Notes under the pieces: model-generated
Seen by the model: the letters and a program-made list of their open reading frames with translations, nothing else
What the model was told of the DNA's origin: nothing
Databases searched by the model: none
From: Candidatus Thorarchaeota archaeon
GTDB lineage: Archaea; Asgardarchaeota; Thorarchaeia; Thorarchaeales; Thorarchaeaceae
Assembly (NCBI GenBank): GCA_008080745.1
Contig: SHMX01000001.1
Span: 636,890-668,889 of the forward strand
DNA length: 32,000 bases
Reading direction: 5' to 3'
Position numbers and translations under genes: made by a program
Part shown: piece by piece, positions 1 through 9,534 of the stretch
How the letters are laid out: each line of letters opens with the position of its first letter
How positions within the stretch are numbered: the stretch's first letter is position 1

Positions 1-3000
1 TCTCAGTTATGGATATGCTAATACCAGAGGTGGGATTCACCACTTCAACCGTTGCATTCTCAAGACCATTTTCATTAAAATCACTATAAGATACTAGAAC
101 AGATAACTCATCTGATACACCAATTGTTGAACTTGATGTGTTTAAAGTAAGGAGAGTTGGAATCTCCGAACCACGTAATGTAAAGGTGACACTTCGTGAA
201 ATGTGATTTGATGCATTTGCACTAATCACTATTGTGAAAGTTTCAACATAAGTAGGAGTTAAGAGAATTGAATAATACCCCTCTTCAGATTCACTAAAAG
301 TCGTGTATACAAGTCCAGCTGTAGGAGATACATCAGAAATAACAAGAGTAGCACCAGATATGCCATAATTCGTACTATTGGCATACCGCAATACCAAACG
401 ATATTCTTCGTCAACTTGGGATATATCTGATGTGCCATTGACAAGTTCAAGAGTTGAACCAATAGGATCAATTATCAGTGAGAAAGAAGCGTAGCTTGTT
501 TGATAATTGTCAAGACTTGCTGAGAATTTCAAGAGATAAGTTCCCTCTGTGTCGGATGAAATGAGTAGCGTGTAATTACCATCAGTATTATCAGAAATCT
601 CAATCGAAACCTCAGAAGGTTGGTCGATTACTCCTATTGCAGCACCTGCAAGGCCATTGAAGTATAAGTCTGAAAACGATGCCTGAACGGATAGAGTATC
701 AGTTATACCTACGGACACACTAGATACGTTCAAACCAAATGTTGTGGGTATTGCTGTAGCGGCCAACACAAATGTTGTCGTTTGAGATTCGTGATTTGTT
801 AGATTAGCCTTGAATACGATAGTATATGTTTGAGCCAACGACGGTGTCAGTTCAATTGAATAGACGCCATCACCTTCATCAACAAAGACATCATAGGATA
901 AGCCCAAGTCAGGTGAAACCGAAGTGATTTGAATATTGGCACTGGATAGTCCGAATCCCGTTATGTTTTCGAACTGTACAGCTAAATGATAGGACTGCCC
1001 AGTTTCAATAAAATCGGATGTCCCATTCAAACATGAAAAAGCAGTCTGTGCAGAGCTAACTATCAAAGTAAATGATTCTTGGGATGTTTCAAAATAGCTC
1101 TTTGCACCAGATAATGTTACTGTGTAAGTTCCAGTTTCCAAACTAGAGAAATCAATAGAGTAGTTTCCATCGCCATTATCAACGGTCCCAATAGTAACAA
1201 GCCCATTAGTAGGACCGGAAAAACTCATACCAATGTCAGCTCCAGCAATTCCAGTACCGTTTTCAAAGGTGTATGTTAGATTGAAAAGTTCCGTTAGTCC
1301 ATAATGAGATTCTACTGGTGTGTCCGATACTTCCTCGATATTAAATATCGTTGGATAGAAGATTTCAATCGCAAATTGGCACGAAGCATCATCAAAGTAA
1401 GGCCTTGAAGCATTTACTATCACTGTGAAATAGCCGTTCTGTACTAAGGAGGTATCAAAGTCGCCCTCCCACCAATTACGTACAAGATTAGGAGAAAACG
1501 ATACTGATCCACCAGTCCAACTACCATCAATAGATGCAGATTCATCCATTAGATATTGTCCGGTATCTGTATCAATATACTGTAACATACTCGTAACCAC
1601 AAGACCTGCTTCGGTTTCGATTAGACTATGGATGGGAGTAAGAATAGTGGAATGGTGCAAAGCGAACTGGGAGGAGTCAAAAGCAACTTCTGTTCCATTA
1701 TTCCAGAAACACTCCACACGCCATTGTCCAGCAGTAGTATTCAAACCACTAAATGTCCAAGATGTCGTATTGATGCTATTTCCAAGCGTGTTGAATACAG
1801 AATCCTGAGCCCAAACAGTTCCATTTGGAAGTATAACTGAAACATTGATGGCATTCTCCAGAGTGGGCATAGTTATAGTGGTTCCAATTTCAATAGAGGA
1901 CCTAGATATATTTCCACACCTGAAAGTTGTTGCATCGAACCAAGTTGTGCTACTTGAATTGTACTTTTGAACACTGATAGATTTAGCATAATTTGGCGAT
2001 TCTGCAAGCATATTCCACCAACCAAGACGGTCGAGTAGAGAGGTGGGTATGATAGTTAATCCCATTTCTATTGTGCATTGGGAACTGACATCATTCAGGA
2101 ATGGATCGAAAATGGTTATGTTATCCCAATCAGCAGGGTACTCCAATAACATGGTATGATTGACATATTCGCTAGAGGCACCTAGATAGATAAATCCGCT
2201 AAGAGAACTACTCGTTCCCTCTTCTATACTATAGGCTATCCCTTTCTTTGTGGGGTCGGTGGTCCAAGACGAGTTTGAGAAATGATGAGTAAGTAAGCGT
2301 ACTTCGTACTCAAAAGAAACACTGACATTCGCTATAGTTTCAATGGTGAGTGTGGGGGCAGTCCAATAATCAGCATTATTGATTATTGCTGAACCATTGC
2401 CGGAGGTGCCTATCACAGGAACGGTAAAGGATCCAGCATGAAACTGAAAGTCAACTTCTTCAAAACTGGGAATGAATTCACCTTCAACTGTGAAATCATC
2501 AAATAACACACTAAAGGATCTGGTTCCCTCGGTCCCATCAATATAACCATCATTATCATAGTCTGCTCCAGGATTAATGGTGAATTCGGTTTCAACGTAA
2601 ATACCAATTCCAATCTCAAAACAGACGGAGCATTATCGAAATCGAAATCAAGATTGCCGGAAGACAACCAAACACCTTGTTCAGTGATGTCATGTACTAG
2701 ACTCATACCATCCCAAGTCCAGAAACTATTATTCGCATAGATAACAATCCATACGTTATCCAAGGAGCTAATCTCATGTCCACCTGGCAGGTCAATAACT
2801 CCCGCCTCATATAGATAATTAAAACTAATCGTGAAATTAGTTGTATATGGCGTGTTACTAAATGTCTGGTTCCACATTACATAGCTTCCTGCATAGTATG
2901 TATAATCAACATTGGGAGAGCCTTCTTCACCACTGATAGAAGTACGAACCCAATTCGATTCATTATCATAACTTACACTCATAGACTGGTCTCCCCCCGA

Positions 3001-3462
3001 ACTCTCATAATAATCAACGTCCCATCCGTAAGGATACCCATCAAGACTGCCTGGAAGTGTTGTTGTTCCTCCAACCCCCTCATCAAAAGTACCATTCATC
3101 GCATATTGGCGTTTTAGGTTCCAAACATCAAGCTCAGCTTGGCTTCCCACCCAATTACGAGAGGCATCAATTGGAAGATTCTTTGATGTGTTTAGACCAT
3201 TATCGGTTCTTGCATGAGTGTAATCAGATACGTAGGTAGCCCTTTGTTCAAGATCAATTGGATTTAGTGTACCTTCTCGTATTGATGATGCTATGGAAAA
3301 AGTAGTATCCTCTTCTAAGAATGGAAAATCTGGTTCCTGGTTCATATCTGGTTCCAGTTGAGGAGAGAATATTGTCAGATTTGAAGTTGTACTGAGTTGT
3401 ACTAGGAGCAAAACAGTAGCAAGCACACCTAATTGAATCTTCCAACGAACCATCAAGTTCAA
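1..3462 (-). CDS. Large secreted/surface glycoprotein with tandem Ig-like domains (>1150 aa, runs off the window); apparent 1-nt frameshift at 2618-2621
   Basis: N-terminal signal-like segment (RWKIQLGVLATVLLLVQL). The track ORF 2413-3462 turns to implausible sequence after APSV. The adjacent frame is open from 2617 to base 2 (EIGIGIYVETEFTINPGADYDNDGYIDG...VNPTSGISISITE), with repeated D/NxGDGxY motifs and many N-x-S/T sequons. Confidence 0.85.
2..1300 (-). repeat. Protein-level tandem Ig-like repeats, two-domain period of 588 nt (196 aa)
   Basis: NGTSD occurs at 1013-1027 and 425-439. Paired segments: SVSPDLGLSY/DVSPTAGLVY, ELTP/LLTP, ANLTNHES/ANASNHIS, IPTTFGLNVSS/IPTLLTLNTSS, SFSDLYFNGL/SYSDFNENGL. 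Confidence 0.75.
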
Positions 3463-3643
3463 CTCGCATAATGAAGGTATGAAGCATCAGATTTAGTTAA
3501 CGAACATTACATACTGTAATCTGAAGACACATCCTCAATATTAGATGATATATTCGAATATCATCGTTTTGTGGATGGACTCATTTGAAAAATAGACAAT
3601 TGTAACAAGACTATGATAGGAAAATGAGTTCATAACAAGATAA

Positions 3644-4066
3644 TCAATCAAATTGAAACACTTCGACAAGATTTCCTTCGGGATCTAGAAACTGGAAAAA
3701 GGTGTATTTCACACTGAAATAGACCATCATAATGTCTGTCATCTCTGAAGGAGATGCAGTTTCACGAATGTGGAGATATGCTGCCTTAATATCATCTGTT
3801 TCAAAAACAATGACTACTTTGGCTTTATTCTCATGCTGCCAACTAGTCAGAAAATTCAGGTAAGCTTGATCAACGTGTGTTTTGAATTCATCTTGATCCA
3901 TTCGATCGAAGTCATATTCTAGATTCATTATGCCAAACGAGTCAAATTCAGCCCATCTGGTTTCATATCCCCTAGAAACCTCTTTGCTTAGTATTTTATC
4001 ATAGAACTGAACAAGTCGCTCCATATTGGTTGTGTTGATGTAAATCCCACTGTAGACAATCTTCAT
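3644..4066 (-). CDS. VOC (glyoxalase/bleomycin resistance) family protein
   Basis: N-terminal 'MERLVQFYDKIL' and C-terminal 'FFQFLDPEGNLVEVFQ' are VOC signatures. Confidence 0.85.
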   Translation of the reverse strand: MKIVYSGIYINTTNMERLVQFYDKILSKEVSRGYETRWAEFDSFGIMNLEYDFDRMDQDEFKTHVDQAYLNFLTSWQHENKAKVVIVFETDDIKAAYLHIRETASPSEMTDIMMVYFSVKYTFFQFLDPEGNLVEVFQFD

Positions 4067-4158
4067 GGAAATTCACTACTACGACGTGACACTTACTAAA
4101 ACAAATATCGCTCATCAATTATGAATCATTATTACAAGACTCGTATCATACTACAAAC

Positions 4159-4215
4159 ATTGTCAATAATATTTGATAATTAGAATCCGATATTGTCAAA
4201 AGAATTAGTGACAAT
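4159..4215. promoter_or_regulatory. Paired inverted-repeat operator candidates (ATTGTCA half-sites) in a divergent promoter
   Basis: ATTGTCAA-N6-TTGATAAT at 4159-4180 and ATTGTCA-N10-TGACAAT at 4192-4215, between the VOC gene and the wHTH regulator. Confidence 0.5.
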
Positions 4216-4256
4216 TTGTTAAATATCTAGTTGAGAAGTGTATTATGTGAAAAAGT

Positions 4257-5054
4257 ATGAAATCGGATTCTGAAGATGTGTTGAAAGCGCTAACAAATTC
4301 AACACGAAGAGCAATAATGCGGCAGATTGCCCGAAAAGGTTCCGCTAGTTATTCTGAGATGATGAAAGTGTTAGGGCTGGATCCATATCTAATGAGTGGA
4401 AAATTCAATTATCATCTCAAAGAGCTTACTGAAGTGGGGCTAATTGAGAAAGTAGATGATGAATATAGAATATCTGAGCTTGGAAAGAAAGCAATGATTC
4501 TGCTAGACCAGGTACAAGAAGATAGGAAGATTGACAAATATGGAGTTCTATCAGCAGTCTTATCCCTGAGTTCAAAACAAGAAGTCAGCCTCTTTATGAA
4601 TCAAATGGGATTAGTCTTTGGGCTAATGGGAACAATCTTCAGCATCATCTTTATGGGAATTTCAATAGACGAAGGCATATTTGGATGGCAAGTCGCATCG
4701 GTTTTTGCATTAATCTCTATTCTCACATTGGGAAGATCGATGATAAAAGTGGGAAGCATGATTAGAAATTTGAAAGTTGGCCTTTCAGCCATACTATTTT
4801 TTCAAACCGATTGGTTTCTAATAAGATCTCCAAATAGAAACAACTTCCTTGCTGTGATTATATCCTCAATAACTGGCCTAGTTCTTACAATTCTCGTTAT
4901 AGCTCTATCTTACTCAGGCCCACTTGTTATTCCCTCGTTGGAAGCAATAATAATGATGGTGAGTGGATTTGTATCTCTTGCAGTAGCTGTAATCTACATC
5001 AGGAGAGCATATAGACATGCAGAATTATTGGAGGAAAATATGTATGAAAAGTGA
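4257..5054 (+). CDS. ArsR-like winged-helix transcription regulator fused to a C-terminal membrane domain (~4 TM)
   Basis: 'VLKALTNSTRRAIM...FNYHLKELTEVGLIEKVDDEYRISELGKKA' wHTH followed by hydrophobic helices. Confidence 0.85.
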   Translation: MKSDSEDVLKALTNSTRRAIMRQIARKGSASYSEMMKVLGLDPYLMSGKFNYHLKELTEVGLIEKVDDEYRISELGKKAMILLDQVQEDRKIDKYGVLSAVLSLSSKQEVSLFMNQMGLVFGLMGTIFSIIFMGISIDEGIFGWQVASVFALISILTLGRSMIKVGSMIRNLKVGLSAILFFQTDWFLIRSPNRNNFLAVIISSITGLVLTILVIALSYSGPLVIPSLEAIIMMVSGFVSLAVAVIYIRRAYRHAELLEENMYEK

Positions 5055-5184
5055 GAGGAATGAAGAAAAGACAGAGAAAGTATTGGAATTGCTAACAGAT
5101 CCCTTAACTAGAAAAATTCTAGTCACATTGATGGGGTTGGATCCCAACATAATAGCAGAAACCAAGGTATCTGAAAAGTCATAA
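5044..5184 (+). CDS. 46-aa small ORF resembling the ArsR-like N-terminus (MKSERNEEKTEKVLELLTDPLTRKILVTLMGLDPNIIAETKVSEKS)
   Basis: Manual translation. GGAGG lies upstream, the ATG overlaps the end of the previous gene, and the peptide resembles that gene's N-terminus (MKS...VLxxLT...TRxxI...GLDP). Confidence 0.6.
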   Translation: MKSERNEEKTEKVLELLTDPLTRKILVTLMGLDPNIIAETKVSEKS

Positions 5185-5208
5185 TTCAGAAATGGAGTAT
5201 TCTGGGAG

Positions 5209-5614
5209 CTAGTTCACTTTTGTGTGGCAGGAGGGACATCTCGCACGAGTTCTCGAACCCCATTCAACGTCATCTCGCTTTAGAAGACGGTCACAATTAG
5301 GGCATCGTTTTGAACTCCAATGCAAAACTCCTTTTTTATCATCTTTCTTGGAACTCCGGGGTTTTTTTTGATCTGGATCGTGAAGATGAGGAACGGGATT
5401 TGCCGGAGTAAGATGATGATGAGGACGAGATTTTTCCTGCTGCAACTCCAATTGAGCCAAAGAATGTGATTAACGCAATTCCAAATGGAATTACAGCCAT
5501 TGTCAAATCGGATGCTTGATAGAACTGATAGCCAATATATCCTGCACCTATTGCTACTATCAAGAGTACACAGGCAAGAGCATAATTCCCAGAGGTTTTC
5601 TTTCGCGATGGCAT
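5209..5614 (-). CDS. 2-TM protein with Ser/Arg/Lys-rich linker and C-terminal Zn ribbon (CPNC...CPSC); frameshift at the A8 run
   Basis: Track ORFs 5339-5614 and 5209-5460 join into one coherent protein if one base is removed from the T8 run at 5362-5369 (...SRSRSKK-PRSSKKDDKK...CPNC...CPSC). Confidence 0.7.
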
Positions 5615-5682
5615 GGCAAATTCAACTCTTAATGAGGTTAATTTTGACTAGAGCTTTAATTATAATAATTATTTTAAAGAAG

Positions 5683-6993
5683 ATGGATGCACAGCACGAT
5701 TTATCTGAGCACCTCACCTCGTTTAAACCGGTGATTGCCGTGGAAGTCAAACATCTCACCATTGAAGTCGCTATTCAGCCTGAAATTTCGCATATTCGTG
5801 TAACAGGAAAAATAACAATGACGGATATTGAAGATGAGGTGAAGTTCCTACTCAATCCATGCCTTGAGATTAATGAGATACATCTAATATCAAATAATGA
5901 GAGGATACCAGTTGAAAAAGTAGAAACAAGACCAGAACAAGACATCTTTATCCCATCAACTTGCTACGAGATAAAAATACCTGAAGAGTTTCAGGGGGAA
6001 CAAGAATATGAATTTGAGGTAGACTACGAGGGGAAAATCTATCGGTATTCTTTTCAAACTAGTAGGATACGTTCGGACTATGTGGAATTGGCCATCTATG
6101 CAATATGGTATCCCATGGTTTCCTTTGCTGATAGACCCACCTTCTCCATAACACTTCAGACTCCAAAAGATTGGATATGGATTATGAATACATCCAGGGT
6201 TTCAGAAGATCCCCTGAGTTGGGAGGCAGGAACTCCACGAACAGACCTCACTTTGCATGGAAGGCCTAAATCCAACGCGATAAGAAATGAGGATAGCACC
6301 CTTTTCTGGGGAGAACCCCGTAATTTGGAGTTACTCAAACCTCTTGAGAAAGACTTCTACGAATATCAAGAGCTTATGAAGTCCTGGTTCGGTGAAGCTA
6401 GTTCAGAGAGTCTAAAGATTATTCTTGTTCCTCGAGATTTTGGAGGAGGATATGCAAGAAATGGATTGATTGTGATGCAGGACGATGTATCAGAAGAATA
6501 CATTCGAGATAAAAAGGATAATCTACTGAGATTCTGGGCTCACGAACTAGCACATTCATGGTTCTGCAAGGCAACTGTTGAAGATTATCATAACTGGATT
6601 GATGAGGCATGTGCAGAATATACCTCATACCTAGCATCAGAGGAAATATTGGGACAGGAATGGTTTTCAGCAATATTGGATAGGGCAAGAAAACGACTAA
6701 AGGAACATGATGGTTTATCATCTATCAAATCAATACTTAGGTCTCATCCGCATGCGCAAATTCTCTACTATCTCTATGGAGCATTGATACTTCATGAGAT
6801 AAGAGAGAAAATTGGTCGTGATACGTTCATCCAAGTATTAGAGAGATATGCTCAGACATGTCTGAAGAAGACTCGAACTACGACAGAAGATTTTGTCAAA
6901 GCGTTAGAGGATGTAACAGAATACAAGTTGGGAGGTCTTCTTGACAAGAGGCTTTCAAATCCTCCAACGGAGGAAATACTCGAACCTAGTTAG
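5683..6993 (+). CDS. M1-family (gluzincin) zinc aminopeptidase-like protein
   Basis: HELAH plus downstream E (WIDEACAEY), GGGYA in place of GAMEN, and YLYG. Start moved to ATG 5683 because the track extension overlaps the opposite-strand gene. Confidence 0.85.
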   Translation: MDAQHDLSEHLTSFKPVIAVEVKHLTIEVAIQPEISHIRVTGKITMTDIEDEVKFLLNPCLEINEIHLISNNERIPVEKVETRPEQDIFIPSTCYEIKIPEEFQGEQEYEFEVDYEGKIYRYSFQTSRIRSDYVELAIYAIWYPMVSFADRPTFSITLQTPKDWIWIMNTSRVSEDPLSWEAGTPRTDLTLHGRPKSNAIRNEDSTLFWGEPRNLELLKPLEKDFYEYQELMKSWFGEASSESLKIILVPRDFGGGYARNGLIVMQDDVSEEYIRDKKDNLLRFWAHELAHSWFCKATVEDYHNWIDEACAEYTSYLASEEILGQEWFSAILDRARKRLKEHDGLSSIKSILRSHPHAQILYYLYGALILHEIREKIGRDTFIQVLERYAQTCLKKTRTTTEDFVKALEDVTEYKLGGLLDKRLSNPPTEEILEPS

Positions 6994-7207
6994 TTCCAAT
7001 TCATTAGGGGAATACAAAGGACGGAAGTAAGATTCAAAGAAAAGATGACCGGAGAATTCAATTCTGAAATATTGACTATCTGGTGAGGATTCTCTCAGGC
7101 ACCTCCAACAATCATCCGAAGAGAGTAGTGAAATATGAAAAAGATCTGGTTTTTCTAAAAAAAGGAAAGACACAAGTATTACTCAGTAAACTCAGGTGTC
7201 GATTACA

Positions 7208-8644
7208 ATGGGCACGACCGGTACATTGATCGAGGAGAAAATTCCTACTAAAAGTGCAGTAGCGGTATCTATGGCAGATGCAAGTGTTGCACTCCTCCAG
7301 GGATTGATAGGTGCAGGACTGGCAATATACTTCACTACTGTCAGAGGACTCTCTGTTGAACTCAATTTTGCAGCATGGATGCTATTTCTAGTATGGAATA
7401 GCGTTAATGATCCATTGATTGGGTATATAGCAGACAAAACAAAGCATGAATTAGGTAGGCGAATACCATATATCAGATATGGGATTCCAATACTTGTAAT
7501 CGGATATATCATGTGTTGGGCTCCCATTCCGGGGCTAGAAGGAGATCAGCTAGCACTTTTCATTCAGCTGCTTCTTGCATTATTCATCTACGATACTATG
7601 TATACAGCAGTGGCAACAGCACTGTACATCATGCCCTATGAGATGGCAGTGTCGAATAAAGAAAGAACAAGAGTTTTTGTTTGGAAGACTCTATTTAGTG
7701 TGGTCGCCATTGCAGGACCTATAATTATTCTTCCAATTATTCAACCAGGTCCAACAGACCCGGTCATGCCATACTTTACATTTCACCTTGTTGTGGCAGT
7801 GTTAGTAGGCTTTATCGTGTTTGTGTCTAGTTTCTTCTATAAAGAGAACAAGTATACCCAACACGAGGAACAGACCCCATTTGTTAAAGCATTGAAGCTT
7901 ACATTCAAGAATCGTTCCTTCATCGCATTCGAATTTATCAGTTTCACGAGTATCTATCTTGTGACTGCTTTGCCAATGGGCCTGATATATTATGTTGAAC
8001 TGGTCTTAGACTCGATGAATGATTTCTTCCTGCAAATAATTGGGCTTATTACAGGTGTTATCATTGGTTTCTATTTCTTCATAACACAAAACGAAAAGTT
8101 TGGTACCAAGAAAAGCATGCTATATCTTATCGCACCATTCGCAATTGGATGTCTCATCATCCTGCTCTTTGGGCTGTTTGTCATTCCTACCATGATAGGG
8201 ATGGTTTTTGTGGGCATAGGATTCTCAGGCTCATTCATCATGATTCCCCTGATGAATGGCGATGTGATAGATTATGACGAAAGTGTGACGGGGTTGAGAA
8301 GAGAGGGTATGTATGCAGGTGTCAATAGCTTCGTAACAAAACCAGGCATCAGTATTGCGGAGGGATTAGTACCACTTCTTCTTGTTTCATTTGGATACAT
8401 GCCCAATGTAGAGGCGGGTTTGCAGCCAGCTTCGGTAGAGATTGGAGTTTTGATATCGTGGATGGTAATTCCGGTCATACTTCTGAGCATCTCGTTCTTG
8501 GTAATATGGAAGTTCTATAATCTGGAAGGTCCCGAGTGGAGAGCCAAAAAAGAACAGCTGGCAAAGATTCATGCAGAAAAAGAGAGAGAACTATTAGCCA
8601 GCCTTGGTTACGCCTATACAGACGAAGAACCAGTAGAAGAATAG
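7208..8644 (+). CDS. MFS transporter, GPH (MelB-like glycoside/pentoside/hexuronide:cation symporter) family
   Basis: 'WNSVNDPLIGYIADKT..LGRRIPYI' and 'DVIDYDE..TGLRREGMY' motifs, ~12 TM. ATG 7208 has GGTG upstream; GTG 7196 is an alternative start. Confidence 0.9.
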   Translation: MGTTGTLIEEKIPTKSAVAVSMADASVALLQGLIGAGLAIYFTTVRGLSVELNFAAWMLFLVWNSVNDPLIGYIADKTKHELGRRIPYIRYGIPILVIGYIMCWAPIPGLEGDQLALFIQLLLALFIYDTMYTAVATALYIMPYEMAVSNKERTRVFVWKTLFSVVAIAGPIIILPIIQPGPTDPVMPYFTFHLVVAVLVGFIVFVSSFFYKENKYTQHEEQTPFVKALKLTFKNRSFIAFEFISFTSIYLVTALPMGLIYYVELVLDSMNDFFLQIIGLITGVIIGFYFFITQNEKFGTKKSMLYLIAPFAIGCLIILLFGLFVIPTMIGMVFVGIGFSGSFIMIPLMNGDVIDYDESVTGLRREGMYAGVNSFVTKPGISIAEGLVPLLLVSFGYMPNVEAGLQPASVEIGVLISWMVIPVILLSISFLVIWKFYNLEGPEWRAKKEQLAKIHAEKERELLASLGYAYTDEEPVEE

Positions 8645-8652
8645 AGATGGTT

Positions 8653-8678
8653 TGCGTAGCAGCTCGAGCTGCTACGCA
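8653..8678. terminator. Perfect 26-bp palindrome between convergent genes (likely bidirectional hairpin)
   Basis: TGCGTAGCAGCTCGAGCTGCTACGCA; it contains the TAG stop of the hydrolase gene. Confidence 0.65.
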
Positions 8679-9463
8679 TAGTAATTTTTCACAAAATCTA
8701 CAATTAGATTGCTTAGTTTTTCGGGGACTTCAATATCTGGACTGTGTCCACATTTAGCGATGATTTCTAGTCGAGACCCTGGGATTGCTTCATGGAGTAA
8801 TTTCCCATCCTCTGGGATGATGAGCTGGTCAAATTCCCCATGAATAACTAGAACAGGAATCTTTACGAACCTGAGTTTTTCTACCGCATCAAAGGTTGCA
8901 AATCCGATTGAAGAGAGGACATTTGCTTCATTTTCGCTGTTGAGGAATTTGTTTAGCAAATAGTTCAGAGTATCAGGATTATTCTCGATAAATTCTGGTG
9001 TGAGTGTATCCTTTGTAGCAGTCCACCAATATGCTTTATCTCCTTCATCAACCTGAGCTTCACGCCAAGCATATACCATATCAACTAGCCTTTCAGTTAC
9101 TCGTGGTGTTGTATCTATTAGTACAGCAGAAGAGAACAAATCAGGGCGATCTATAATCATTTGTTGAACGACCATTCCTCCCAACGAAGTACCTATAACG
9201 GGAACAGGGGTAATTTCAAGATGCTCAACGAGTTGTATCATATCATCAGCAAAGGCCTCTGGAGGTGGAGTACCCTCTGTACAACCGGAGGTGCCATGGC
9301 ATCTGAGATCAGGTAGTACTAATTCAAAATGTTTGGATAGAAACGGCTCTGTGAATTCCCAGGAAGTATTATCGCCCCCAAGCCCATGTACCAGAAGAAG
9401 TGGTGAGCCGCTACCACTCATCCGGTAGGTAATATGATGATTTTCAAGTTGCAAAGTAGGCAT
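8672..9463 (-). CDS. Alpha/beta-fold hydrolase (3-oxoadipate enol-lactonase-like)
   Basis: LLVHGLGG, DLRCHG, GTSLGG nucleophile elbow, HGEFD, GHSP. Confidence 0.9.
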   Translation of the reverse strand: MPTLQLENHHITYRMSGSGSPLLLVHGLGGDNTSWEFTEPFLSKHFELVLPDLRCHGTSGCTEGTPPPEAFADDMIQLVEHLEITPVPVIGTSLGGMVVQQMIIDRPDLFSSAVLIDTTPRVTERLVDMVYAWREAQVDEGDKAYWWTATKDTLTPEFIENNPDTLNYLLNKFLNSENEANVLSSIGFATFDAVEKLRFVKIPVLVIHGEFDQLIIPEDGKLLHEAIPGSRLEIIAKCGHSPDIEVPEKLSNLIVDFVKNYYA

Positions 9464-9534
9464 ACAATCACTATAAGATGAAGCGTATATATTATCTACC
9501 GTTCAAACCTAAGTGTGTGAAAAGATATTGGTTG

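Noticed and set aside
2413-2617. C-terminal 68 aa of the 349-aa track ORF
   Set aside because: Out-of-frame read-through after the frameshift; the adjacent frame encodes the real continuation.
5358-5372. Programmed -1 frameshift at A_AAA_AAA
   Set aside because: The -1 frame gives a short non-conserved-looking tail; the Zn ribbon is in the +1 frame.
5485-5682. 66-aa N-terminal extension of the M1 peptidase
   Set aside because: It overlaps the opposite-strand gene and an AT-rich promoter region and reads as non-coding.
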